DNA from: Nageia nagi
Lineage: Eukaryota > Plantae > Pinophyta
NCBI GenBank assembly: GCA_050084985.1
Contig: JBITNC010000002.1
Coordinates: 17,174,001-17,238,000 of the forward strand
Direction of reading: 5' to 3'
DNA length: 64,000 nucleotides
Each line of letters begins with the position of its first letter. The first letter of the stretch is position 1. Both the position numbers and the translations under genes were made by a program. Positions 49,421 to 61,951 of this stretch are shown here, one piece after another. Below the pieces are notes generated by a model, which was given only the letters and a program-made list of their open reading frames with translations, was not told the origin of the DNA and did no database searches.

Positions 49421-50139
49421 AAGTGAGGGATCGAAAGTTATGCTTTGTTGCAATGCGTGCTTATCTAGTTTTTTATTTTTTTTATTAAATTAATTTTCAT
49501 TTTAATTTATTTAATAAAATTTAAATGATAAGTGAATTTATTAAATAAAAAATTTAAATTTAAATTAAATGATAATTAAATTTATTTAATAATTATTTAA
49601 TATGTATTTCAATGTAGCTCTATGCATTTTTATAATTATTAACATAAAAAATATGGTGTACTTTATTTAACATCGATTTTTTATTTTTTTTATACATAAT
49701 TATCAAATTGTACCAAATTCATATTTTAGAACTATATTCAAAACATATTCTCCTCTTTTATATTGTTAGTATCATAAAACAAATTAAAACATGTTAGTCT
49801 TACTAACAATAATATCATCAATTCAAATTAATTAAAAAAATCTTGATTTTATAAAATCATATTCAACCCAAAAACCTACAACATCAAATAAAACTAAAGT
49901 TTTCTTATTAAAAATGACAAGATCATCCATATAAAAGCTTGAGTTGTTGTCAAATAAAGTTGTAATCTCTTTCACTCAATGGCAAAAAAAAAACATGTAG
50001 AATGCTAATTATATTGTTGAACATCTATAATACTACTCTATAATAAATCATCAACATCTAATTGAAATTTGATTATTATAAGTGATACAAGATTTATTTT
50101 CTACTAACATGCACCTTTCATGCAATGTTGATTAGTATT

Positions 50140-50388
50140 GTAAATTGATAGATAGGGGAGTTAGAGAGGTGGGTAGTTCAAAGCTCTTGAACATGGGAAA
50201 CCCATGTTTAAAACTCTCTTTCTCTAAAAGTTGAAATATACCTAAAGTGCTATCGAGTTATGGTAGGTGCAGATGAAGTGTGGATCATGCCTTCGATAGA
50301 TTTTGATGGTGTGGATGTTCTCAGTCGTGACTCTAAGCTTAAGAGTTCACGATGCTCTATATCATGGGATAAAAACTCGAAAAAAAAA
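50140..50388 (+). mobile_element. 249-bp retroposon (SINE or 5'-truncated LINE) with poly(A) and perfect 12-bp TSD
   Basis: TTGATTAGTATT at 50128-50139 and 50389-50400; the insert ends in A9. Confidence 0.8.
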
Positions 50389-52637
50389 TTGATTAGTATT
50401 CTTATTATTATCTCATACTACCATAATGATTAGATTTGATTTTTATTTAGAAAATGTGGTGGGCTTATCTATCAATGGATCAAACCAAGTAGATTGGATA
50501 TTGAGCCTTTCCAAAAAAAAATTATATATTACTTATGAATAAGAGACTTTATAATTATAAAGGATGTTAGAGATTTTTTGAGTTTAACTTTTGAGAATAA
50601 GATCATATTGAGATTATAATAGAATTCAATAAAATAATTAAAATTTGAACAAACTAAAATCATCATCATCCAAAAACTGTACAAATTTAAATAGATCAAC
50701 TTTATAATCAATAGTGTCTATAACAATTATTCTCTTTGAAGCTTCCTTTCTCTAATACTAATTTGTTCACTTGATGTATCAAATTCATAATCATCTTGAA
50801 TACATTTGTATAATGAAAGACAATTGACCATCACTATTATTACTACCAAATTATTTTTTAAACTTCAATCTCATAATGTAACATTTCAAGTACCCAGAAT
50901 AATTGATTTCATCCAATTTTCGATAGTAGTTTCTTTTTCTAATTTGTTTTCCTCTAAAACATATCTATAAACCATCCTCTATCATTGTTCATGTATGAAA
51001 AGATGCATATGACTCTAGAACTCATTTTTTATTGCAATCAAAAGCAATGTTCCCCCTATTATACCTTCATTTTATTAAAAGTGTCCATTTGATCCATTGA
51101 TGTTGTTTATGTTGAGTAGAGCATTGAGCATATGTCCTAAAAATTGTTGAGTATTGTTGCACTTTACTATTTATTTCACTTTTATTTTTCCATCTTTTTG
51201 AGGTTGGTAAGTTGAACTCTTATTGAGTATTGTGCCACATAATTCCATTAATTTCTTCTAAAAATTGTTTCTAAAAGTGGGATCTCTACCATAAAAAAAT
51301 ATCTTAAACAATTCATTAAGTGTAAAAATGTAACTCAGATACATTTTCCACCTTCATTGTTGTATAAGGGTGTTTAAGTGCACGAAAGTGTGAGTTCTTA
51401 GATAATATATCAATTACTACTAAAATAACTACCTTTGAATTTAAGAATTCCCATATAATGAAATACAAAGAGACATCTTCTTAAGTTTTATGAGGAATTA
51501 GTAGCGATTGCAATAGGTCTAGTGCCTTTACTATTTGACCTTTATTACATTGACATGTTTCACATTCTTCACATATATTTTGATGTCTTCCTTCATTTCT
51601 TACTAGTACAAGGATTTCTTGATGCTTTAATAAGTTTGAAAAATCTTGAATAGCAAGCTAAAGTAGAGTTATGAAGCTCCTTTAAAATCTTATTACTGGA
51701 TTGAGAAGATTCAGTAAAAAATGCCTTGTCATTCTTCTTCAATATTCCTCTTTGTCAAGAGAATTTTCCATCCACATTGTCTCCATTTTCTAGCTTTTGA
51801 AGGATCTTAGATGTTTCCATGTATTGCTCCCATTTCTCTTTTACATTTCACCCAAGTAGAGGTACAAGTATAGCTCTTTTATATTTTTTTAGATAATTCA
51901 TGTGTCACTGCATTTTCTTTAACTTTCTTCTACTCTATCTCAAAATCATATACTAGCAATTTAGTCAATCATTTGTGTTGTTTAGGGCATGAGTGTCTTT
52001 GTTCCAAAATATATTTGAGGCTATTATGGTCATCCTTGATCCTAAAATGTCTTCCCATTGAATATGGTTTGTATTTTTCATGAAGAATGTAATTATTCTT
52101 TCCCATGTATGGGCTTACCCAAATTATTACAAATGAGTTCCTTTCTCTAAGAGATGATTGTCTTGCATAAATACTATCATTATTCCTATTCCTAAAGCAT
52201 CACACTCAATCATAAAAAATATAGAGAAATCAAAAGTATCTAATATTAGTGTTGATTTATTGCTTCATTTAACTATTCAAATACATATATCATCTATTTT
52301 GTCCAAGTGAATGCATCTTTTTTGTGAGTATTGTTAAAGATGTTGCAATGTTACTATTATATTTGATAAACTTCTTATAATAACTAATAAAACCTAAGAA
52401 TCCTCTTGGGATTTTACAAGTTTTTTTTATCTTAGCCACTCTTGCACAACCTTGGTTTTACTTGGATCTACTTTGACCTCTTCCATTGAGACTATATACT
52501 CAAAGTATTCTACTTCTAAAACTCTAAGTGAGCACTTGGATTTTTTTGGCAAGATATCAATTTTTTCTTAAAGTTTAGAGCACTTGTACTACATGCTACA
52601 AATATGCTTTTGAAGTTTTGCAATAAACTAATATGTC

Positions 52638-52977
52638 TTTTATTATGGTTAAAAAAATTATGTTAATGTTAGAGTATTTACATAGACTACAAAATTAGGC
52701 TCTTGAGCCAATTCGTTGAAGCACCATAATGATGATTAAGTGATGATCTAAAGCTATGCCCTCTTGTGACCAAATAGTGGATGAAGAAATTTGTTTGATT
52801 ATCTACCTTATCAAAAATCACACCAAAAAAACTAGAGTATCAACATGCAAAATTAGGTATGCATACACCATACTTTTCGATTGTCCATCTTACCAAAAAC
52901 ATGTTGGAATGTAGGCTACAAATTGAGACATAAGAGAAGAAAGTCGAGTAGAGAGTAACTAAATATTGTGCTTTTAG
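52638..52977 (-). mobile_element. 340-bp insertion with 14-bp TSD inside the gypsy RT catalytic motif
   Basis: TAAACTAATATGTC at 52624-52637 and 52978-52991; T-rich left end. Confidence 0.65.
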
Positions 52978-53139
52978 TAAACTAATATGTCATTAAAGAA
53001 TATTAATACAAATTTTCTCAAAACCTAAAAGACAAAATCAACAAGACTTTGAACCTAGATAGTTAAGTTCGAGTTTGACGCTCTTGAAGCTAAAAAAATT
53101 TTGACGTGTTTAAAAAATTTAGAATAAATTTTGGCATAA

Positions 53140-53455
53140 ATTCTGATATATTGTAAATTATTAAAAATTAAAAATTTAAGTATTTGAAAATTATAAACAT
53201 ATTAAAATTAAATATAATAAATATATTAAAATTAAATGTATTATAAAAATATTAATATCAAATATAATAAAAACATCAAAATAAAATGTAATAAAAAATA
53301 TAATAAAAATGTTAAAATTAAATATTTATTATAAAAATATTGAACATAATAAAAATATTAGAATTCAATATGATAAAGATATTAAATTTAAATTTTCAAT
53401 AAAAATCTTAAAATTAAAAATATTATAAAGTATTAAAATTAACTATAATAATTTA
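53140..53455. repeat. AT-only low-complexity degenerate tandem repeat (AAAATATTAAAATTAAATATAAT-like)
   Basis: Directly visible. Confidence 0.7.
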
Positions 53456-54674
53456 GTGTTCAAAAAAATCTTGCACAATTAGGGATAATTTTAGTGCACT
53501 TTGTATAAATACATTTGAATCAAACCATTTTTCATCACGTTTGTGAAACCCTAAACCTCATTGCACAAGTCAATAGATTGCTGGTAAATGTTAGAATGTT
53601 TTATTTGATTTAACAAATTTTCTAAGTCTTCTTCATCAAGTTTGTGCTTGTAGGAAGCTAATATCATGGATGTCCATGCCTAGGCATCCCTTTCAATCAT
53701 AAGATCAAAAATTTCTCGAGCATGGCAACGTTGCTGAATTTCATGTACATTATCATGATTGCACTCTATACGATTCTATTGGGTATGAATTCTCTCATTA
53801 ATTTTGCAAATTTAATTAAATATTCAATGAATTTCTTCACATCAGAATTGAATTTGACAAATTTTCAATTTCATAGCAAATATTCATCGAACTTAACTAC
53901 CTAGCTTTGAACATAAGATCAAGTAATATTGACATAGATTTTCTCTTTCATTTTGTTGATAATTTGCTACTTCTTTGTCAATAACACTCTACAATTATTA
54001 TAAAGCTTCCAATCTAAAAATTCACATTCATCAAAAATACATTGAACTTCAATAATCTAAATAACCTATGTAAATTAGCTTAATAAAATTTCAATATTTC
54101 AACACCAAGAACCACACTTTAATACCATGAAAGAAATATAGGATATATAACAAATTGAAAGTATTGGAAAAAGAAATATATTGTAATAGATAATTTCTAA
54201 TAAGCAAATGAAAGGTAAAGCCTACCCATAAAAGTTGGATTTGTTACGTGGATAATTTCCATAATAGAGGTCTAATTTCAAAACCCAACATCTTTCCCAT
54301 GGTTTAATGATTCTATATGCATCTAGAAGCAAATCGACTAAACATTATACAATAAAAAAATGCAAGTTTATATCTCCCATAGCAATTTGTCGAGCTTATC
54401 AATTGACCTTTGCATTTCAATGAGGATCATCTATGTTATTTTTAGGGATTCAACCACCTTGGCTTGCATATTTAATCTTGAAGTTATTACTGTTGGATTT
54501 CGAGTGACACTGAGAGGGGGGGTGAATCAGTGTATTAAAAATTATAATCAATTTGATCTTCTTAAATAAAGATAGATTAAAAACCAGAGAGAATTGAGCA
54601 AGCACATCAGTACATCACACAACACCAGATGTAACGAGGTTCACCAGATTGGCTACATCCCCGAACATGACTGC

Positions 54675-54928
54675 TTGGACACCAATCCAAATCCAGCCAT
54701 TAAAGAAAGCTTACAGATTCACAGCACCAACTGTGAAGGGTAGCACCAACTACCACTTTGCAAATGCAGCACCTACTGCTTGGAGCACCAACTCCAGCTC
54801 TCAAGCACCCACTTGAGATAATATTCATTCACAGCACCAACTGTGAAGGGTAGCACCAACTACCACTTTGCAAAAGCAGTACCTACTGCTTGGAGCACCA
54901 ACTCCAGCTATCAAGCACCAACTTGATA
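54675..54928 (-). other. Array of 11 short stem-loops with a near-constant loop in LTR R/U5 (3' LTR copy)
   Basis: 4-7 bp perfect stems around CACCAA/CACCTA/CACCCA/TACCTA; a five-hairpin unit is duplicated at a 110-bp period. Confidence 0.85.
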
Positions 54929-55607
54929 CAACATTCAAAAGGGATGACAGAATACAGTTCTAGAAGACCCTCAATGGTCTAGCTCTAATGCTCACTGTTC
55001 GTTCTCTGCACACAGCTCCAAAGTAACACAGTTAAACAATCACTATACTCTCTGCATATTCGTTTGCTCACTTCACCTTCTCCCGATACTCCCCTCTTCC
55101 ACACTATCACCTCCTCTCTCACACTTCTCTACACGCACATCTCATCCACACTATTGCCTCCACTCCGGCCCTTCACTATACACACTTCTCTCTTCGCGCA
55201 CACTGCTCTTAACTCAATTCACGCATCACGCTTTTCTTTCATACCCAAGAAAAACATTACGCATCATGAAAAACCCTCGAGAATCTGTTCCTTTCATTAC
55301 ACGTTATCAAAAACAAACTAAAAATAATCCTTGTTTGTAACTGCTCCTACACCAAAGGGATTTCACTAACTGAGTCTGCATCTGTTGTAACTGACGAACG
55401 CTCCTTTGCTCAATTTAGACAAGTGTACCTCTTTCTCTACTAATTTTGGAGATTTGACAGTATCTGATTATTTCTGATAATTCCGGACTCTTTGTCTTCT
55501 TCATAATGATATTTCTGTTAATTCCGGACTCTTTGTCTTCTTCATAATGATATTTATGTTAATTCTGGACTCTTTGTCTCGCTTGCCGGATGTTTATTGT
55601 ATACAGC

Positions 55608-55945
55608 GTGATGTCATCATCTCCGGACTCCGGAAGTAGAGTAAAACGCTTCCCGCATGATGTCATCATCTCCGGACCTTTATCTCCGGACTTTTTGTCT
55701 CCGGACTTTTAAACACTTACACCATGATGTCATCATCTCCGGACTCCGGTGGTAGAGTAAAAACGCTTCCCGCATGATGTCATCATCTCCGGACCTTTAT
55801 CTCTGGACTTTTGTCTCTGGACTTTTATCTCTGAACGTTTATCTCCGGACTTTTCAACACCTCCACCATGATGTCATCATCTTCGGACTCCGGTAGTAGA
55901 GTAAAAATGCTTCTCGCATGATGTCATCATCTCCGGACCTTTATC
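55608..55945 (-). repeat. U3 tandem array: six TGATGTCATCATCT(C/T)CGGAC palindromic motifs in three larger units (copy at ~63069-63430)
   Basis: ATGATG-T-CATCAT inverted repeat followed by TCCGGA; many further CCGGAC motifs across 55480-56340. Confidence 0.9.
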
Positions 55946-56359
55946 TTCGGACTCTGGTCTTTACCAAAACTCGATTATCTTATCCTCTGTGATGTCATCT
56001 TTTTAATCCGGAACATTTTACTTTCGGGACATTTACTTTATGGACTCCGGAATTTCAATCTCTCTTTACCGATCTTATCTCTGCATTCCGAAATGCTTTA
56101 TTCGCTGACTCCGGCTCTTTGATCATTCTTTGCTGACCTCATCGTCTCCGGAACCCGGTTCTATTCACAAATGTGAACATCGTTCTCCCCGTGACGTCAT
56201 CTCTTGCTTCCGGAATGTTTTACTCGCTGGCTCTGGCTCTTTAATTGCTCCTTGCTGACCTCATCACTTCCGGACTCCAGTTTTGAGTGATAGCTCGAAA
56301 TCACTGACGTCATTTCTTTCGGAACGCTTTGTTTACTAACTCCGGCTTTACCAAAATCA

Positions 56360-56597
56360 CTTGTTGACAACATTACAATCATTCATCACCTCCGGAACCT
56401 GGTCAAAACCTCCGAAACCCGATCAACACCTTGTTGACAACAGTTACAGTCACGCTTCACCTTCGGAACTCGGTCAAACCTCCGAAACCCGATCAACACC
56501 TTGTTAACAACAATTACAATCACACTTCACCTCCGGAACCCGGTCAAACCTCCAGAACCCGATCGAAACCTTGTTGACAACAATTACAATCACACAT
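56360..56597 (-). repeat. ~70-bp tandem repeats (about 3.5 copies) at the U3 start of the LTR
   Basis: Recurring CTTGTTGACAACA.TTACA.TCAC..TTCACCTCCGGAACCCGGTCAAACCTCCG.AACCCGATC. Confidence 0.85.
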
Positions 56598-56605
56598 ACT
56601 CAACA

Positions 56606-56792
56606 ATCTCCCCCTTTGGAATTGTTGGCAACACCAACTGATCAGACACCAACATCGGGACTTTTCTCTCCCCTTTGTCAACAATAACAAAGGGCATTTA
56701 CAGACTCCCCCTGAGTCCATACATGACATTCGCAGGAAACACAGGATACACAGAAACAATATAGGAAGGAAAATTAAGCACTCCCCCTGAGA
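56606..56792 (-). promoter_or_regulatory. Polypurine tract plus three upstream PPT-like copies
   Basis: CTCCCC(C)T at ~56608, ~56668, ~56705 and ~56781; multiple PPTs are a Sirevirus trait. Confidence 0.8.
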
Positions 56793-56811
56793 ATGTGACG
56801 TCCAGAACTAG

Positions 56812-59800
56812 CTAATGCTCGGGAAGGACAAAAACTCCTAGCTTGTTGCGAAGATTTTCGAAGACGTCTTTGGGCAAAGGCTTTGTAAATATGTCGGCTA
56901 CTTGCTCTATGGTTGGAACAAAATCCAATTGTACTTCTCCTTGTGCCACGCGTTCTTTTAGAAAGTGATATCTGATTGCAATATGCTTTGTTCGTGAGTG
57001 CATAACAGGATTTTTGGATATATTGATTGCACTTGTGTTATCACATAGAACCGATATGGGTTCGTTAATTTCTATACCAAAATCTTTTAGCATCTGCTTC
57101 ATCCATAGAATCTGTGTGCAGCAAGAAGTTGCTGCTATATACTCTGCTTCTGCTGTAGATAGGGATACTGAGTCTTGCTTTTTACTGTGCCAGCTAACAA
57201 GATTATTACCCAAATAAAATGCTCCTCCACTGGTGCTCTTCCTATCATCCACGCATCCTGCCCAGTCTGCATCTGAAAAGGCACTAAGTGTAAGGTCCTT
57301 TCCTCTAGGATACCATAAACCATATTCTACTGTACCTTTGAGATATCTAAATATTCTTTTTACTGCAGTAACATGTGTTTCTTTGGGATTTGCTTGAAAT
57401 CGAGCAACCATACATACTGCTTGAAGAATATCCGGTCTAGTAGCTGTCAAATATAATAAACTTCCAATCATTGACCTATATTGTGTTTGATCTACTGTTG
57501 GTGCTTTATCATCCTTGCTTAATTTGCAGTCTGTCGTCATAGGGGTACTCACAGGTCTACAATCTTCCATGGTAAACTTTTTCAGCATCTCCTTAACATA
57601 CTTGATTTGAGAAATGAACATGCCATTCTTCAACTGATTGATTTGTAAACCAAGAAAAAATGCAAGCTCACCTATCATAGACATCTCAAATTCTGTTTGC
57701 ATGTTGTCAGCAAGATTTTTACATAGCTCATTCTTGCTTCCTCCAAAAATTATATCATCTACATAGACAACAACAATTAGCTGATTTTCCTTTTCTGATT
57801 TAATGTATAAATTGCTATCCACCATTCCTTTTCTAAAGCCTTGCTGCTGAAGATATGTATCAAGTTTGGAGTACCATGCTCGAGGTGCCTGTTTTAAACC
57901 ATACAGAGCCTTCTTTAGTTTGCATACCAGATTAGGATTCTCTCCCAATTGGAAACCATCTGGCTATTCAATATAAACTTCTTCCTCAATTTTGCCATTT
58001 AGAAAGGCTGATTTTACATCCATTTGGTAAACTGTGAAGTCTTTATACACTGCAAAAGCTAAAAACATGCGAATAGCTTCTAATCTGGCCACAGGTGCAA
58101 AAGTTTCTTCAAAATCAATTCCTTCAACTTGAGCATATCCCTTGCAGACAAGTCTAGCTTTATTTCGAACCACTATCCCATCTTCATTCAACTTATTTCG
58201 AAAAACCCACTTTGTGCCAATCACATTTTTGTTGGCTGGTCTAGGAACGAGTTCCCATGTTTCATTCTTTTCAATTTGAGTGAGTTCTTCCTCCATTGCT
58301 TTCATCCAGCATTTATCTTGGCTAGCTTCTGAGACATTTTTAGGCTCTATATTGGATAGGAGAGAATAGGTGCTTGAAACCCCTCTGCGAGTTTGGATGC
58401 CTGTATGAAGCTCACCGATGATTTGCTTTTGTGGATGATCCTTGTGCCATCTTTTTGGTGGAATTTTTGAATTTTCATCTTCTTCCAACTCACTTTCTGA
58501 AACACTGTTTGGGTTACTTGGCGAGTTTGAATCTTCTGGTTTCTTCACTTGTGATTGCTGTACAGGAGGCTTAGATTTGTTTTTATTCTTTTTGTCTTCT
58601 TCGATTGAATCTTGATAGGCAGGAAGATCATCATCATCATTTCTCTTGGGAAGATCTCTTTGCTCATCAACACGAACATCAGCACTATCAACGATTGTTT
58701 TTGTCCTTTTATTGTAACACCTGTATGCTTTGCTCTTCGAAGAGTAACCAAGAAAGATACCTTCATCAGATCTATCCTCAAACTTTCCTAAATTTTCTTC
58801 TATTCTCTTGATATAGCATTTACTGCCAAAGATCTTGAAGTGCCTCACTGTAGCTCTTCTTCCAAACCATAATTCATATGGTGTTCTGTCCTCATGTGGT
58901 CGCATCATACATCTATTTTGAATATGCACTGCAGTATGCACCGCTTCTTTCCAGAACCTATCAGCAACCTTGCTTTCTATCAGCATGGTTCGAGCCATTT
59001 CTTGTACTGCTCTATTTTTTCTTTCAACTACTCCATTTTGTTGTGGAGTTCTTGCTGCAGAGAATTGTCTTTTAATTTCGTGTTGTATGCAAAACTCAGA
59101 AAACTCATCAGAAGTGAACTCACCTCCTCTGTCTGAGCGAAGACATTTAATTCTCCTCTCCATCTGATTTTCTACTTGATTTTTAAATGCTTTGAACATT
59201 TCAAATGCTTCAGATTTGTGTTTCCAAAATTGCACCCAAGTCATTCTTGAATAATCATCTATGAACAGAATAAAATACTTATCTCCATTGACGCTTTGTG
59301 TTCGCATTGGTCCGCATAGGTCGGTGTGTATGATTTCCAATGGTCTGCTGGTGTGATATTCTTTCACTTTGAACTTTGCTCGAGTTTGCTTTCCCCTTTG
59401 GCATGAATCACAAATATCATTTGCTGGTTTGCTGATACTGGGCATATCTCTTACTGCTCTTTTTGAGCAAATGTTCATCAAGTTTTTAAAACAGATGTGT
59501 CCCAATCTCTTATGCCATAGCCAATCATCACTCTCCTTGCCTAAAAGACATGATCCCTCTGAAATATCTGATAAGGTGTATAAATTGCCACAGGTTCGTG
59601 TACCAACTGCTACAAGTCTACCACTATTTGCCCTTCGGATTTCACAGTCATGCTTTTTGAAAATTACATCATGTCCTTTGTCACATATTTGACTGACGCT
59701 TAACAAATTATGCTTCAGTCCCACAACAAATAATACCTCTTCGGATCTGATGTTTCCGTCATTTATTTTGACTGTCCCTTTACCGATAATCTGTGCGCCA

Positions 59801-61887
59801 TCATTGTTTCCAAATCTTACTGACCCACCTTCATATTCCTGTAGTTTTTGAAATTTCTTCTTGTCACCTGTCATGTGACTTGAGCATCCACTGTCTAATA
59901 TCCATGGTGATGGTTTGTCTTGAGCTTTTAATGCTGTTTGAACGATTAAAGACTCTTTATCCTCTCTGAGTTTCTCCTTTTCTTTCCAGACTTGTTTTAC
60001 TTTTATTTCAGCTTCTTGTTTTTTATTATTCTTTTCTTCTTCCTGTGGATGGCTGCTCTGAAACTGTTTATTCTATCTTATGGAAGGAAATTGTCTCGAT
60101 GGAAAGAACCTCATGCCATGATTATTTCTGCAGAATCGGGCAATGTGTCCATATTCATGACAGTTGTAACACTCAACAGGATACTCCATTAGTGGGCCGA
60201 ATGCATTCCTAGTAACAAAGGTTCTTGGAGTGATATTATACTTACATTCAGAAATTTTGTGTCCATATGCATTGCATTTGAAATAGTATCCATTGAAGGG
60301 ATAGATATATCTATTATGTTGCTGAGTACTTCTTGGTCCTGCAGAGTATCTTCTTTTGGAATGCACTTGAGTGAAGCCATCATCCTCCAGTCCTGAGCCA
60401 CCTTCCTTCTTCTTGGTTTCTTTTGTGTTTTCCCTTTTTATGTCATTGGAAGATTGTCCTTGTTCATATCCCAGACCAGATTTATCAGAAAACATTCTTT
60501 GACTGTTAATGATTTCACTGAGTTTAGTCGACCTTCCTTCTAGATATTCAAAGGAGCTGATTTTCTTGGTGACTTCCTCTAGTTGCATACGTAGCCCAGT
60601 TATTTCTTCTTCGAGCTTACTGCAATTTTTAACTTTCACAAGAAGCTGTTCCTCCAAACTCTCATTTATTCTCTTAGATTCTTCCACTTCTATTTTTAAG
60701 TTTTCTATAGTATTACTTGCATCATCAAGCCTTTTTGAGAGTCTCTCGTTTTTCTTTATTTCTTTCTCCAGTTCGTTCAATGCTGTTATTAGTTCTTCTT
60801 CAGGATCATACTCAATCTCATAGCCATTTTCTTCATCTGTCTCTTCCTTTTTATGTTCTTGGGCATTTTGATTATCTTCATTCAGTTTCTCTTCAAATGC
60901 CATAAACAATGCTTCATCGTATTCTTTTTCTGATTCATTATTGGAATCATCATCAGTGGAGCCTTTATTTCTAGATATGAAGCTTTGTCTATTTGACCTT
61001 CTATTTCGAGCATGAGATTTCATTTTGTGGTTTTTCTCAAGATATGATTCTTGATCATCTTTATCAAATTTTCTATATGGACATTTTGAAATGAAATGAC
61101 CAATACCACCATAGTTAAAACATTTAAACGGTAGCTTGCCTTGATATTTACCTGTTCCTCTTTTTAGCTTTCTAACAAAATTTGCTTCTGCTCCATCAGA
61201 TTGTTCCTCATCATCAGAATCTATTTTGGGTTTGGTACTATTATTGGCTTTAAACGCTGCTTCCTTTTCTGAATGTTTTATTTTTCCGATCCTCATTTCA
61301 TAAGCAGTCAGTGATCCATGCATTTCATCCATGCTGAAAGTTTTCAAATCTTTTGCTTCTTCAATAGCAGACACCTTTGAATCAAAACGAGATGTGAGAG
61401 ATCGTAGTACCTTTTTCACGATGACATGATCTTCGATTTCTTCCCCAAGACCTCTGATTGCATTAGTAATTTCATTTACTCTCAACATGTATGCTTCGAT
61501 GGTTTCATCTTCATTCATCTTTAGAACTTCGAATTGAGATCTATGAGTTTGGAGTTTTGCTTCCTTGACTTTATCATCTCCTTCATGAATGCTCTTCAAC
61601 TTATTCCATATTTCTTTTGCAGATTTGCATGCCATAACTTTCACCAGTTCACTGTCCACAAGACCGCACATTAGAGCATTTCTTGCTTTTGCATCATATT
61701 CAAATGCCTTTCTTTCTGCTTCATCTGATGGACCTGTAGGGGGAGGAGTGTAACCCCTTTTTACAGCATCCCATGTACCAAAACCCAATGCACTGAGATA
61801 AGTCTTCATTCGAATTTTCCAGAAACCATAATTGTTTCCATCAAATAGAGGTGCCTTGTTAGATGAGAAACCTTCTCCGCTTGCCAT
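56812..61887 (-). pseudogene. gag-pol polyprotein in one frame (~1690 codons) interrupted by two in-frame TAG codons (60073-60075, 57964-57966)
   Basis: ORFs 60073-61887, 57964-59874 and 56812-57948 share a frame and the gaps translate cleanly ([13 protein letters not shown]; EVYIE*PDGF). gag with three CCHC-type knuckles, GAG-pre-integrase, rve ([16 protein letters not shown]), RVT_2 (YVDDIIF), RNaseH (DADWAG, CDNTSAI). Confidence 0.93.
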
Positions 61888-61937
61888 AGTGTCACTACCT
61901 GGATTTCCTTAGCTGTTATAGCCTAAGTAGGAACCTA

Positions 61938-61949
61938 GCTCTGATACCA
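61938..61949 (-). promoter_or_regulatory. Primer-binding site for initiator tRNA-Met
   Basis: GCTCTGATACCA (TGGTATCAGAGC on -), 2 nt from the 5' LTR. Confidence 0.95.
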
Positions 61950-61951
61950 AT

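Larger units (their letters stand above)
50750..54490 (-). mobile_element. Highly decayed Ty3/gypsy element (gag, RT, RNaseH, integrase), PBS ~54117-54127, 5' LTR remnant from 54128
   Basis: Minus strand LRKFVLIFFNDILVY, EYLEYIVSMEEVKVDPSK, RGFLGFISYYKKFIK, DHNSLKYILEQ; TGGTATTAAAG PBS-like. Confidence 0.75.
54491..56605 (-). repeat. 3' LTR (2115 bp)
   Basis: TGTTG...CAACA termini; matches 61952-64000 with ~35 substitutions and one 14-bp indel (manual count). Confidence 0.95.

Noticed and set aside
54675-54928. CRISPR-like array (constant GCACCAAC core with variable neighbours)
   Set aside because: The constant part is only 6-8 nt, the variable parts are self-complementary stems, the context is a eukaryotic LTR, and no cas genes are present
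55064-55321. 85-aa ORF duplicated at 62525-62782 (likewise 56197-56382 / 63672-63857)
   Set aside because: Duplicated only because it lies in the LTRs; low-complexity translation
56544-56811. env-like ORF expected in many Sireviruses
   Set aside because: Only ~200 bp separate the pol stop from the 3' LTR; the 71-aa ORF overlaps the PPTs and LTR and has no env features
57964-57966. Programmed readthrough at the second TAG
   Set aside because: It falls inside RT at the conserved EVY.EQP.GF Gln, so it is a simple nonsense mutation
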